A DNA stretch of 64,000 bases from Antedon mediterranea. Its lineage: Eukaryota > Animalia > Echinodermata. Below the pieces are notes generated by a model. That model worked only from the letters and a program-made list of their open reading frames with translations, ran no database searches and was not told the origin of the DNA. Positions 1-12,008 of the stretch are shown here, one piece after another (the stretch's first letter is position 1; every line of letters starts with the position of its first letter). A program made the position numbers and the translations under genes. The stretch lies in contig NC_092672.1 in assembly GCF_964355755.1 (NCBI RefSeq), positions 2,852,001 through 2,916,000 of the forward strand, in the 5' to 3' direction.

Positions 1-175
1 CACTTTAGTCACTAACAACAACAAAATTGTTCAGAGGGACAATATATTTTTAACCGACCGATTATACATGCTTTTATTGGTTACCGCAAAATATATTAAA
101 ATGATTTTTTATAATTATTCATTTTCCTTTTTATGTCATTAGTATGAAATGATTTTACCTCTTTAATTAATACAG

Positions 176-678
176 GATTATGAGACAAGTTGGTGTCAAC
201 ACAGCGGTGCCTGTATACGTTGTTGGGATATATTGCGATAAAAAGTTACTTGGATGGGGTACGTAGTTTGTGTTTTGTCACCCAATGATGACGATTCTCT
301 ATCAGGAGTGCATTCCTGAATAAGAGTGTCCCCTGAATAAGAGTGTCTCCTTAATAGTAGTCTCCCTTGAATAGGAGTGTCCCCTTAATAAGAGTGTCCT
401 CTGAATAGTAGTCTCCCCTGAATATGGTTGGAGAGTCTCTACTCTATCTCAAATCATCTTCATCACTAGTAACTGATTTTTTTTTTTACATTACAGCGGC
501 AGGAGAATCTGTTTTAGTCGCTGAAGACGAAGCTTCCAGAGTTGTGTTGCGTAAAATGTTTAGGATAAGCGAAGGAAGTCCGCCCCTACCGTTAGATACC
601 AACAAACATCCGCAGATTAACTCAACAGTTGTACAACATTTACAGATTTCACAGCGAGCACAGATTGCTGCGTCATGA
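176..678 (+). CDS. MRPL44: 3' end (last two coding exons, 176-258 and 497-678) of mitochondrial ribosomal protein L44
   Basis: Spliced translation IMRQVGVNTAVPVYVVGIYCDKKLLGW|AAGESVLVAEDEASRVVLRKMF...IAAS* closely resembles the MRPL44 C-terminal dsRBD-like region as I recall it ([38 protein letters not shown]). AG/GT junctions are phase-compatible. Confidence 0.88.
312..425. repeat. Degenerate ~18-bp tandem repeat (CCCTGAATAAGAGTGT-like) in the MRPL44 intron
   Basis: About six imperfect copies are visible directly. Confidence 0.7.
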
Positions 679-777
679 TCAATGTATTTTTGGACTTTTA
701 AATGCTGGAGTGCTCAAGTTAATGAGTAATGTTATAAGACGACCTCTTAAATATAACAAAAGGATCGATATGTAGTG

Positions 778-870
778 GAGCTGTAGCTTGGTAGTTAACA
801 TGATTGCCTTCCGATACCAAGGTTCAGGGTTCAATCCTGACCTAGTGCCAGGGCTGTAATTCTTTCAACT
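778..870 (+). mobile_element. tRNA-derived SINE head (degenerate)
   Basis: A-box-like GTAGCTTGGTAG and B-box GGTTCAATCC at tRNA-like spacing; no intact cloverleaf. Confidence 0.5.
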
Positions 871-1904
871 CTGGAGACCCACTTGATAGTTTGATTTAGT
901 TCGCTTTTGGGAATCCTGTCTCTCTCTATTGTTTTTAATTTTTTTGTTATAATTATGTGAGACGAAATAAATGAAACGAAATGAACTCCACTCCACTTGA
1001 AGATTTGCTCGCTGTTGAATGCATATGAAATTAAAAATATGTAGGCAATATTTTGCATTGTGCTAAAAAAAAACAGCCACAGCATCCATTATGCACCACT
1101 TAACATCCCATAATAAACTCTCCGAAGCTACAGAAAAAATGTCTGCTTTCTGTAAAGTTTGATCTTTTTAGAATACAATTAAAAGAGTAGAATCAGAATC
1201 AGTGGGATAGTACCTGGTTTTTTTTTTAATGCTGGAACAATAATATTATATTAAAGTTTATATACTAATGATAGAGGGCAGCATATGATATTTTAAAATG
1301 TTAAAACAAACTATTACGTCAACAAGTCGAGTGGCGTTTTTGTAAGAAATATTTCTTGTTGCTGGAACATAAATAAAAGTTTACTTATATACTAATGATA
1401 GAGGGCAGCATAATACATTTAACAGGTTTTAAAATCTGAATACAATGTGATAGTTTGACTCGTTTAAATGAAATCAGTGATGATTTTACTGTCTGGAATC
1501 CTTGCCAGATTTCTTGTCTGCATTTTTATATATTGATGTTTCAAAAAATTGAGTTTACTTACTTTACATATGATTGAAACTTTACAAGAGGTTTTTAAAA
1601 CATTGCATATTTTCTTTTTTAGTAATAAATTACTTTACTTAAAATTTAAAGAATTTAAATTATTGCTGTGTAGAAGTTATTCATAGAAATCATATAAAAG
1701 AAACGGTCTGTTTTTACATAATTTCTTATATAATTCCAACGTCGTCATATCAGAAATTGCGTAAAGGGCGTTTCTTAACGATAAATGCGTGAACCGCGTT
1801 CCATACTATCTCATAAAAGAAAGAGGGAAATTCCATTTCTAATTTCATTTTGGTCGTTTCCAGTAATTTCCTACGATTTAAAAAGCTGGTTTCTTGTTGT
1901 AGCC

Positions 1905-4453
1905 ATGTCGATACAAAACAGCAAATACGTTTTCTCTGTATATTTTTGTTTATTGTATTTACTAGTAGGCATACAACAAGGATCTGCAGGTGAGTAGGCC
2001 TAGGCTGTCCTTATTATTTATTTTAAATGATGATGTAGGCTAGATGTATTGTACTAATTGTAGGCCTAGGCTAGTCTTAGTAGCTAGGCCTATTACTCAG
2101 CAGGCGGCAGGCCTAGCCCAGCCCATATTACGTTTGTAGATTTACGAATAGAGAAATGATGTCAACACAGTTATGATTGGTTGGTTAAAATGCCTACGTA
2201 AAATATTATAGTGATATTAAATAATAATATCTCTGGTAAAAGGAACTAGGCCTAGGCCTACTAGTACTAGGCCTATAATAGGCCTATATATTAGAGGCCC
2301 TAGTCTATAGGCCTATAAAAGGCTATTAATTAATTAAGTATTATGCTAGTCGAATGGCTCTTGAGAAAAAACCATAAAATTAAAAACACTAAGAATTTAT
2401 TAGTTAGGCCTAACTAGATAGATAGTAGGCTAGGCCTATTAAGTTTTATATTAATATATTAGTATTAGCTGTAACTAGGTCCAAGGACAAAAGGTACTAC
2501 TGGCTAGATATAGGCCTACCCCCATAACGTGTCCATTTTTATTAGTGACTGTTGGGTTGAAAAATACTTTTCAGTGTGGCTCAAAAAGTCATACTAAAAG
2601 CCATATTGAAGAAAGTGTTTTAAAAAAACTACATCGCACGAGACTAAGTAATTTTTTTAATAAAATTTCTATGTAAATTCAGGATCAGATATTACATATT
2701 CTGTAACAGCTTCAAGCATTGACATTCAGTTGAACGGCAATGTGACGGCATCCTTAAGTGAGGTAAGTTGCGTCACTTTATTATTAAATTATGCGTATAT
2801 CTATAAATTATGCGTATATCTATAACTTAATATAAATTGTATTAATCTCATTCTTGTGCACATAAAAATAACATAATAATAATAATATAGAAGATTTCTA
2901 TAGCACATACCATGCAAGAGTGTTCAAGGCGTGTTAAAAAAAATAAATATAAAATATTAATTGTTCTCAGATTATGTACACTACTAACGAGTCACCTGTC
3001 ATCACCATATTGCGTTTCCCTGATGAAACATATTCGTCGTACAAGATTAATGACTTGGAAAGCAATGTAGAGTACACGTTTAACATCATAAAGCGGATAC
3101 AAGGTCAAGATTCCCCTAAAACAGTTCTTACACTAACTACAAATGCGGAAGGATCAACAAATGATAACTCAGATGGCGTAAGTAAAGGTAGGTGTGGCTA
3201 GATTGTGTTGTGGCTTGGTGGTTATGATGCTTGGCTACCACTCCAAGGGTCATGGGTTCAAGTCCTGTCACATGTACTCCACTCCCAAAGACTTTATAAG
3301 ACTTTGTTTATGTAGAGCATCTTGTGTATATGTTTGTCTTGTGAACCTAGGGTCCCTAATGATCAGCAATTACTGGATGGATCACCCTCATTAAATATGG
3401 TAAGAAAAAAAAAAAAGTAAATATGGGTTCCTACCCACCATAGGTACCGATATTAGTACCCATACAACCAAACTTACCCAGGTTTCTACCTTTGGTGGGT
3501 AGTAACCAATTTACCCAGGTAAATACCTTGAACAGTCTTTTAATTCGTGATTCATAATCATATCCATAGAGTAATAACATAGTATTTGAGAAAAGAAATT
3601 ACACAAAAGCTGTTTAATACTACTGTAATAGTATTATTTTTAAAAACTCTACTCTGCTTTATACATTTATTGGTCTATTATTGATTATTATTATTGATTA
3701 TTATTATTGATTATTAATGTTCAATAACTCACTGTACTGGTTTTTTCTCCTTTTTTTAGCGTTTCGTGGTGCAACAATTGCCCTAAGTGTGTTTTTAGTT
3801 ATAGCACTCATTGCTATAGTAGTCATGGAATGGAAGCTGTCCAAGATGTAAGGTACTTCTATAATTATTATGTAACTATGTAGATTCTTGTCATTTGGAT
3901 GATTGTGGATCATATGACATTCAATAAATACTCCATTGAACCTACATCAAGAGTGCAATTTTTTGTTATATGCATGTGAAAATATGTATTTTGAGGGTTC
4001 AGGCACGTTATATACAGTGAACCCTTCAACCAAATGTCAGACATCTATTTATATAAAACATCGATTTTTATCTGTAAAACTAATATATACTAAAACATTT
4101 TTATTTGGTGAAATGTTTTATTTTTACCCTATGAAAATATTTGTACCATTGTACTCATAAACATTCATTATTTGTACTGTATAACATCTCACTGAATTTT
4201 CCAATGTACTGCTCATGTCAAAGTGCATTTTCACTAAATTATGATGTAGGCCAATAGTGTGTACTTTGTTTGTTATCCTTTTATCACAGAATAAGTATAA
4301 ACTTTTTTTTTTTTCAGTTCAAATTCAACAAAGGATGCCGCAAAATCCGCCACAAAGTTGTCAAATGAAAGAGATGACAATGAAGCATCCAAAGAGACGG
4401 ACAAGTTGAAAAAAGCATTTGAGATGAAGATATCCCCAAATGATGCAACTTAA
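1905..4453 (+). CDS. Single-pass membrane protein: signal peptide + one FN3 domain + TM + ~50-aa tail (paralog A). Exons 1905-1989, 2683-2762, 2971-3187, 3760-3847, 4318-4453
   Basis: All introns GT-AG with phases 1,0,1,2 and a continuous frame of ~200 aa. Hydrophobic N-terminus; FN3-like strands (SDITYSVTASSIDIQL...YKINDLESNVEYTFNI); TM ATIALSVFLVIALIAIVVM; stop at 4451-4453. Confidence 0.85.
3205..3417 (+). mobile_element. tRNA-derived SINE with conserved 3' tail and poly(A)
   Basis: A-box-like TGGCTTGGTGG, B-box-like GGTTCAAGTCC, tail GATCAGCAATT..GGATGGATCACCCTCATTAAATATGGT plus A-run. The same tail lies on - at ~20150-20212 and a related one at ~18722-18786. Confidence 0.75.
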
Positions 4454-5756
4454 TCCTAATTAAAGATGTATTGTCCCCCTGAAAAACTCTGAACACAATT
4501 TTGTTGAGTATGCCATTTTAATGTAACATAACAGTTATCTACTTCAATTAGCAAAAATTGGTCAAATTGGCTGCCAGCCAATGAGTTTTTGGTTGAATTT
4601 AACCATTTATTTTGTCATTTTATAAGTGAAAACATTTTTTTTTTCAGTTTTTTTTCTACTGAAGTGATTAACTACAAAATAACATATTAAAAGTGGTCTG
4701 ATTTAATTAATCTTCATTTTTAATGTTTTTGGGGGACAATATATCTTTAAGCCTACTAAAATGTACAAATGGCTTGAGCAACATGTTTTGGTATTAACTC
4801 TGGTTTTCAATAGAAATCATGTAACATAATCGCTTGCTGATTTCGTTGCCTTTGAGTTTTATATAATATATATTAATCATGATTTTGAATTATTTATACT
4901 GTTGACCTAATGTAAATTTATACTGTTATCCAATTGTTTTTTAGTTTTATTTACTATGTATAAGTTTTTTTTTTCTGTCAGACATTTTGTAATGTGTAAA
5001 GTGTATTTACTACTGACCTATTGTATCTGTATATTGATTGAATTGTTATACAAATGTTTTTTTTAAAGTATTTCATCAAGTGTACAATTACTACTGTACA
5101 TTGTATTAGGTTTTTTTTTTTTTTGTTCAATGTAAGTAAATTATGTAAGTTTAATCATCATTTACCTTTTATATGTTGTTGTGTATATTTGTATGGACGC
5201 ACCACTGAAAGGTGTGTACCACTGATTCGAAAGTGAGTACCAAGTCTTTAAGCTGGACACAAAATAGCTTAATATCTTTTTTGACACAATATAACAAAGA
5301 TAACACAAAATTCATATGACTATAACACATTATGTTATATAGATGTAAATACTTATAGCTTATCAAAAATACTGTAACAAACGGATTGGTCTGTTATAAA
5401 TGGTGCCAAATTATTTATTTGTTTTTTTATAATAAGTCTAAAGCTAGACATAAAATAGCTTAGTTTTTTAAAGGTTATTCGCGATACTAGCAAAGTATAG
5501 TACCATTTATTTTTTTATCACCAGAATAATTATGTATATACCGTATTTCTTGTACAAGAATATTTCTATAAGTTTAATCTAAATCATAGTGAATGGTATT
5601 TGACTCAATGCAGGTGCTTTGTAAAATGTGAATAGCATCTACAACAAAAATTCACTGTTTCAAAGCTTTTCAATTACAGCAAAATATATGTTGTAATGTT
5701 TGCATAGTCAACAAAATGAATAAAGGTTTGTGGTACATCATGTGTTTTTTGAAAAA

Positions 5757-7120
5757 ATAAGAAAGTTGAGAATACTGTATCTCTCAGATTCTGAGGAAAT
5801 CAGAAAGTTGAGAATACTGTATCTCTCAGATTCTGAGGAAATCAGAAAGTTGAGAATACTGTATCTCTCAGATTCTGAGGAAATCAGAAAGTTGAGAATA
5901 CTGTATATCTCAGATTCTGAGGAAATCAGAAAGTTGAGAATACTGTATATCTCAGATTCTGAGGAAATAAGAAAGTTGAGAATACTGTATCTCTCAGATT
6001 CTGAGGAAATCAGAAAGTTGAGAATACTGTATCTCTCAGATTCTGAGGAAATAAGAAAGTTGAGAATACTGTATCTCTCAGATTCTGAGGAAATCAGAAA
6101 GTTGAGAATACTGTATCTCTCAGATTCTGAGGAAATAAGAAAGTTGAGAATACTGTATCTCTCAGATTCTGAGGAAATAAGAAAGTTGAGAATACTGTAT
6201 CTCTCAGATTCTGAGGAAATAAGAAAGTTGAGAATACTGTATCTCTCAGATTCTGAGGAAATAAGAAAGTTGAGAATACTGTATCTCTCAGATTCTGAGG
6301 AAATCAGAAAGTTGAGAATACTGTATATCTCAGATTCTGAGGAAATAAGAAAGTTGAGAATACTGTATCTCTCAGATTCTGAGGAAATAAGAAAGTTGAG
6401 AATACTGTATCTCTCAGATTCTGAGGAAATAAGAAAGTTGAGAATACTGTATCTCTCAGATTCTGAGGAAATCAGAAAGTTGAGAATACTGTATCTCTCA
6501 GATTCTGAGGAAATAAGAAAGTTGAGAATACTGTATCTCTCAGATTCTGAGGAAATAAGAAAGTTGAGAATACTGTATCTCTCAGATTCTGAGGAAATCA
6601 GAAAGTTGAGAATACTGTATCTCTCAGATTCTGAGGAAATAAGAAAGTTGAGAATACTGTATCTCTCAGATTCTGAGGAAATAAGAAAGTTGAGAATACT
6701 GTATCTCTCAGATTCTGAGGAAATAAGAAAGTTGAGAATACTGTATCTCTCAGATTCTGAGGAAATAAGAAAGTTGAGAATACTGTATCTCTCAGATTCT
6801 GAGGAAATCAGAAAGTTGAGAATACTGTATCTCTCAGATTCTGAGGAAACAAGAAAGTTGAGAATACTGTATATCTCTCAGATTCTGAGGAAATCAGAAA
6901 GTTGAGAATACTGTATCTCTCAGATTCTGAGGAAATCAGAAAGTTGAGAATACTGTATCTCTCAGATTCTGAGGAAATCAGAAAGTTGAGAATACTGTAT
7001 CTCTCAGATTCTGAGGAAATCAGAAAGTTGAGAATACTGTATCTCTCAGATTCTGAGGAAATCAGAAAGTTGAGAATACTGTATCTCTCAGATTCTGAGG
7101 AAATCAGAAAGTTGAGAATA
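5757..7120. repeat. 42-bp minisatellite, ~32 near-identical copies (GAAAGTTGAGAATACTGTATCTCTCAGATTCTGAGGAAATMA)
   Basis: Directly visible; it generates ORFs 5730-6905 and 6902-7129. Confidence 0.97.
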
Positions 7121-8440
7121 TCCCTTTAGAATTCTGGGATTGAGGAAATGTTCTTACCAAAATTTACCATCATCTTTATCTTGGAGATCTAGAGCTTTTT
7201 TGTTATCAGGCTTTACTCTGTCCCATGAATTTTCTAAAAAGAGTGCTCTATAAAATAACATACTAAAATGTATATAACAGAAAGTAGAGGAGTGTAATAT
7301 CCAGTCCTTAGATCTCTTCTGACTAGTTTGATAGTGTAGACAGAGCTCAGGTACAAGCATACATTTTAAATATATTATCTGGTTAATTGTACATAAATCA
7401 AATATTTGTAACAGAAATCAATGACGAAAAAACAAGAATTTCCCTTAAAATGGTCAAATACAAAATTTGGCAAAATTTTGCTATAAAAACCAGGAAGACT
7501 TTTTTTTCAGAAGTTAATTAATGTAATAACATGTCTGGTGACTTCCTAGAAGGTGAAATAAGATGGTGGATAATTTTTGCTATAGCATGAAAATAAAACA
7601 CTGAAGTTGAATAAAAATACCAAAACGTAAAATTGAAGTTATATTTTTACCACACCGTTTATTTTTCATAGTTTTTTTAGAAATGCCTCTCTATTTACAA
7701 CATTTGTGTACAAAAGAATAGAGATTATAGGCCTACTGTGTAATTAGAACTATCCCCCACTAATAATAAAGTGCTTATTTTCAACAAGCTCCTGTAATAC
7801 AAATAAAATCCCAAAAATTATGAAACATAGGGGAAACTATAGATCGGTAATTATTGGAGTGTATAATCAATAGACATTTTTTTTCCCGCATCTGACCTTT
7901 AGCGAACACTTTCAACATTGGGAAAATAAATATGATTCGTCCCGAAAATCTTCCCCTTATTATCATAGCTAATCCGGTAAAGATATACGCCTCTTACTCA
8001 TTGTATTATTATTGTAAATTCCGGGTTTACGTTTGTTTCTATAAAAATATAAATACAATGAGTGGGTTTATGAGTCCTTATTGTCTATAATGTTGTTCTA
8101 TATACAAAGCAGCATTTCACACCACTGAATCGATGTTTTCTGAAACGTAATAATTCGTTGCATACACGTCCACAAACCAGAACTGGGTTTTGTATTAAAT
8201 TTTCAAGTTCACCGCCGCCAACGTGTTTTTAATAATCATCAATAGTCGTCTGCTTAGAAATCACAACCCGGATGTAAAGATCGCTGAAGAAGGAAATCAT
8301 TAAACTAGAGTAGATATTGGAATAGATTCCATAAAATCACAAGGCTAAATAAAAGCTGATAACTCGGTGAAAAGCTACATTTTAACCAACCGAGCCTTTA
8401 GTTTCTGATATTGTCATTCCCCAGTTAGTATGTTGTGGTC

Positions 8441-11234
8441 ATGGCGACGCAGAAGTATCAGTGTATCTTTGTATTGTCATTATTTTATTTATTCAAGGGA
8501 TCTTACGGTGAGTCGAGTTTTACTGAAATCTAGTTATTTCTAATTTACAATAGAAAAGGCATGTATAATAATTAGTTAGCCGTCCAGCATAGTTATCGAT
8601 TTTGTGTAAATGTAGATCAGTATATAGGCAATGTAAACAAAATATTCAACGCCGCCGCCGATGGTAGGCCGAAACTAAGTGGTTTTTGTAGAAAATATAA
8701 TTTTTTTTCTTGTTTTAAACACACCGAATTACTCTTAAAGTTGTTTTGTTTATAGAAAACCATTATCGCAAGGACCTAAATCCACTTGAATGTCTACAGT
8801 AAGTAGGCCTAGTAGGCGCGGCATACTTAAACATTTGCGGGTCCGTAATCTCTAAATTCCTCTTAACGTCACTAAATATTAATTAGTCATATTTTACAGC
8901 TTCAATTATTTTGTAAAAGTTCTTATACAGTTACACAAAGTCATATAAATGAAGTTATGAACTAATGATTTAGGCGCGCATACACGCGCATACACACGCA
9001 TTTACATCAAGCTCTACAAGTTTATCAAACTAGTTTGGCAACAAAAGTTTGATGTGTCCAAATATGGTATTGATATGCCCAAATGTGGTAGTGATATGGA
9101 CATCATCATGTCCACATAGGTACATCACATTTATTGTCACATAAAGTTTGATAGTGTAGACAAGGCTTTATTCATTTTTCTTCTTTTTCTTTTTAGGAGT
9201 GTCAGATATTACCTATTCTGTAATGTCAACAAGCATTGGTTTTCTTTTAAGAAATGATCAAGCGTCGTTAGTGGAGGTATGGCTACTTTCATGGTTCATG
9301 TATTGACTCTATTAAAGTTGATAACGGCATTATATATTACTACTACTAGGAATGTGCTATTACTGCCATTTGCTTTCTCGAACCATGCTGTAACTTTATG
9401 TTTGAACAATGTGAAAGATTAAAAACCATAATGATATGCCTGTAAATAAAAGTAAAGTTTATAAACAAATATTTGGTTTTGGTCATTATGATAATATCAT
9501 TTCTAGACTTCAAGTCTGTATTTATCGTCTTTCTGTATGTTTTTTGTCTGGAAAGTAACAGCTCAAGTAGTATATGTATGAAACGCCATATATGCCAAAC
9601 ATTTATCTTTTTACTTATATTTTTAAGTCAAAACTCCGTCTGGGACCCAGACTAATCATTGTCATGATTTCTTCCAGATAACATACAGTGTTGACGCGTC
9701 GTCATCCGTCATCCTTATATTGCGTTTTCCTGTTGAAACATATTCAACATACACGATTAACAATCTGAAAGCGAATACACCCTACACGTTTAACATTACA
9801 ATGCGTGTACAAGGTGATGACGTAAACGAATCGGCCATTCGCCTAACTACTCTTGAATATGGTTCGGTAGACGATGACGAACGAGTACATGCAGGTACTG
9901 TAGTTTTGGTTGTCTGTGACGCTATAGAGGGCGCTACTTTGTTTTTGTTTGGCAGACAAATGTTTGTTGGTGACGATATAGAGGGCGCATTTGAAACTTG
10001 AAACTTATTGTGTGTAGATATATATTACATTATGTAATATGTAATTAATTTGTCTCTTGTGACCCACAGTCGGTTATGCTTCAAAGCCCAGAATGGTATT
10101 AAAGTCCTTATTTGACCAATACTTGTCCAATTTCCCTTCAAAAACGTTTACAGATGTTGCGTTTACTTAGTCATATGGCAATGTGTTCCAGTGATTCGGC
10201 ACTTCTATTTAAAACGTCAACTTAAAACTTTTTAATTAATTACTAAGTATTGTTAGGCTCTCTATTCTTTGTAGAGGGCCATATAAAAACTTGTATAGAA
10301 TAGTGATTAATTATTCTCAAGCTAAAAAAGTCTCAGTTACAAGCCCTTCTTCATTTGTCAGACATATTGTTTGTGTTAATATGCAATTTATTGTTTTCAT
10401 TTTCACTCACTGAGCATGGTTTGATATATGTATTCACTCATCATCCATCGTTTTTTTTTTGTTTTTTTTCTAGTATATCTTTACCTAACGATCGTCATAG
10501 GTACGATGTTTGGTATCTCACTCATCATCCTTTTTATCATGACATACACCGGATGCTGCTGCACACGGTATGTTTAATGTTTATGTTTAATCGTCGGTTA
10601 ATGGTATTGTAAATAGGACTGGCTATACGTCCAGCTGCTGTACGTATAACTATCTTTATCCTCGTCCATTGTAAATAGCCACATATAAATATCAGATCTC
10701 TAGTTAGTTTACCCCAGCTCATAAAGTGTTATCTATCTGCAATAAAGATAGGTCTAATTAATAAGACGTTGGTTCCTACTTGAGTAACGCAAGCACCCTA
10801 AACGCGACACAAGTATTTTGACCAATCATGGCGACACGATGGATCATCCGAAGTGTCTCTTGTGATTGGTGTTGTTGTGCCAATACGTCGATACGTCACC
10901 AACCAGCTTTCTACTAATAGCGAAAACGCGCGAATAGAAAAACCGGCAGCATGCGTATTTGTGATTTGGAAGATCGAAACACGAATACGCATGTGTATAG
11001 GCTGACGCTTTATATTTGCGCGAACAAATTCGATTAGTGGAAAATAAGATTAATTTGCATTTAACATTTTCTTTCAGCCAAAAGCCAAGGGCGCACAATG
11101 CAAAGTCGAGTAAATCAAGTATTGTACAACGAATGAGGAAACGGCAGAGGGATCGAGACAGACAACTTGATAATGTTCCAAGTGAAGATATCACCAATTA
11201 TACAAACAGTATTCCAGGATGGAACGCCAAATAA
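8441..11234 (+). CDS. Signal peptide + FN3 + TM + basic tail protein (paralog B). Exons 8441-8507, 9197-9276, 9678-9894, 10474-10567, 11078-11234
   Basis: Same exon number and phases (1,0,1,2) as paralog A. Shared motifs SDITYSV, ILRFPxETYSxYxINxL, YTFNI; TM YLTIVIGTMFGISLIILFIM followed by CCC. Confidence 0.85.
9010..9167. mobile_element. MITE family 1 (TIR AGCTCTGTCTACACTATCAAAC), PIF/Harbinger-like
   Basis: Other copies at ~7322-7348 and 21182-21225 (partial), 31120-31225, 31613-31691, 33983-34112, 42453-42586, 49390-49549, 54457-54583, 56362-56539, 56777-56922, 63512-63651, 63911-64000. Some copies are flanked by TTA on both sides. Confidence 0.88.
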
Positions 11235-11789
11235 ATCTTAAACACGTCGTGTTTAGTTACAGTGTGAACAGCACTCATAGTTGTAGTTGGATGTGGAATA
11301 CAGTACTGTAGTAGTATAGAGAGATTATTAGAGGAATATTTAAGAGTTATGTGATAGCGTTCAGCAGACACTGCGTGATGTTTGCTAGGAAACGATGGGG
11401 TTTAACAATACTAATTTGGATCAAGAAGATACCTAAAGCTCAGCGCGCACACTATAGCTATCATATTAAACACGATAGATATTTTTCCTCAGCGGCACGC
11501 GTGGCCGATTCCTTACGAATTGTCTGGCGCACACATACTGTGAGCAAAGTGTGTTACTTGTGTCAGCAGTTGGGTCATCAGACGATAGAGCAGACCTAAC
11601 TTATAAACAATTGGTTCGCGCGCGCACGTACGTCCAAACGCGTAGTCTGTGTCCAATCTGATGGATACAAGCAAGCGCCTGCTCTGCTTCAAAAGACATG
11701 TAATGCAAGTTCAGCTGTGATTGCGGCACGCCTCTTCTAATCTATCAATTTTGAATTTATTAATTCATTACCTACACATCTTCCATCGT

Positions 11790-11870
11790 AGTCTGGGTTC
11801 CAGACGGAGTTTTGTCTAATATTAGTTAAAAGATAAATATTTTGGCACATATGGCGTTTCATACGTATAC
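11790..11870. repeat. Dispersed repeat end TAGTCTGGGTTCCAGAC...GGCACATATGGCGTTTCATACGTATA (unclassified DNA element)
   Basis: Reverse-complement copies at ~9572-9655 and ~32345-32425; diverged copies at ~24912-24966 and ~28818-28888. Confidence 0.7.
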
Positions 11871-12008
11871 TACTTGATTTTGGATACTCCGTCTGGGGAA
11901 ACACGCACAAGTCACGTGGTTTGACACCAAGAATTCTTGGTGCATACGATTATCCGGTTGACTAGTTTCAGCTGCATGCGATTGGCTACTCTCTCGTACA
12001 CCGTTTAA

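Noticed and set aside
778-850. tRNA gene (also ~3205-3270 and ~18125-18150)
   Set aside because: Only A/B-box-like remnants are present, with no consistent cloverleaf. Better explained as SINE heads.
5730-7129. 391-aa and 75-aa ORFs as an annotated protein-coding gene
   Set aside because: They arise from a stop-free 42-bp repeat with non-ATG starts and a frameshift. Kept only as a speculative finding.
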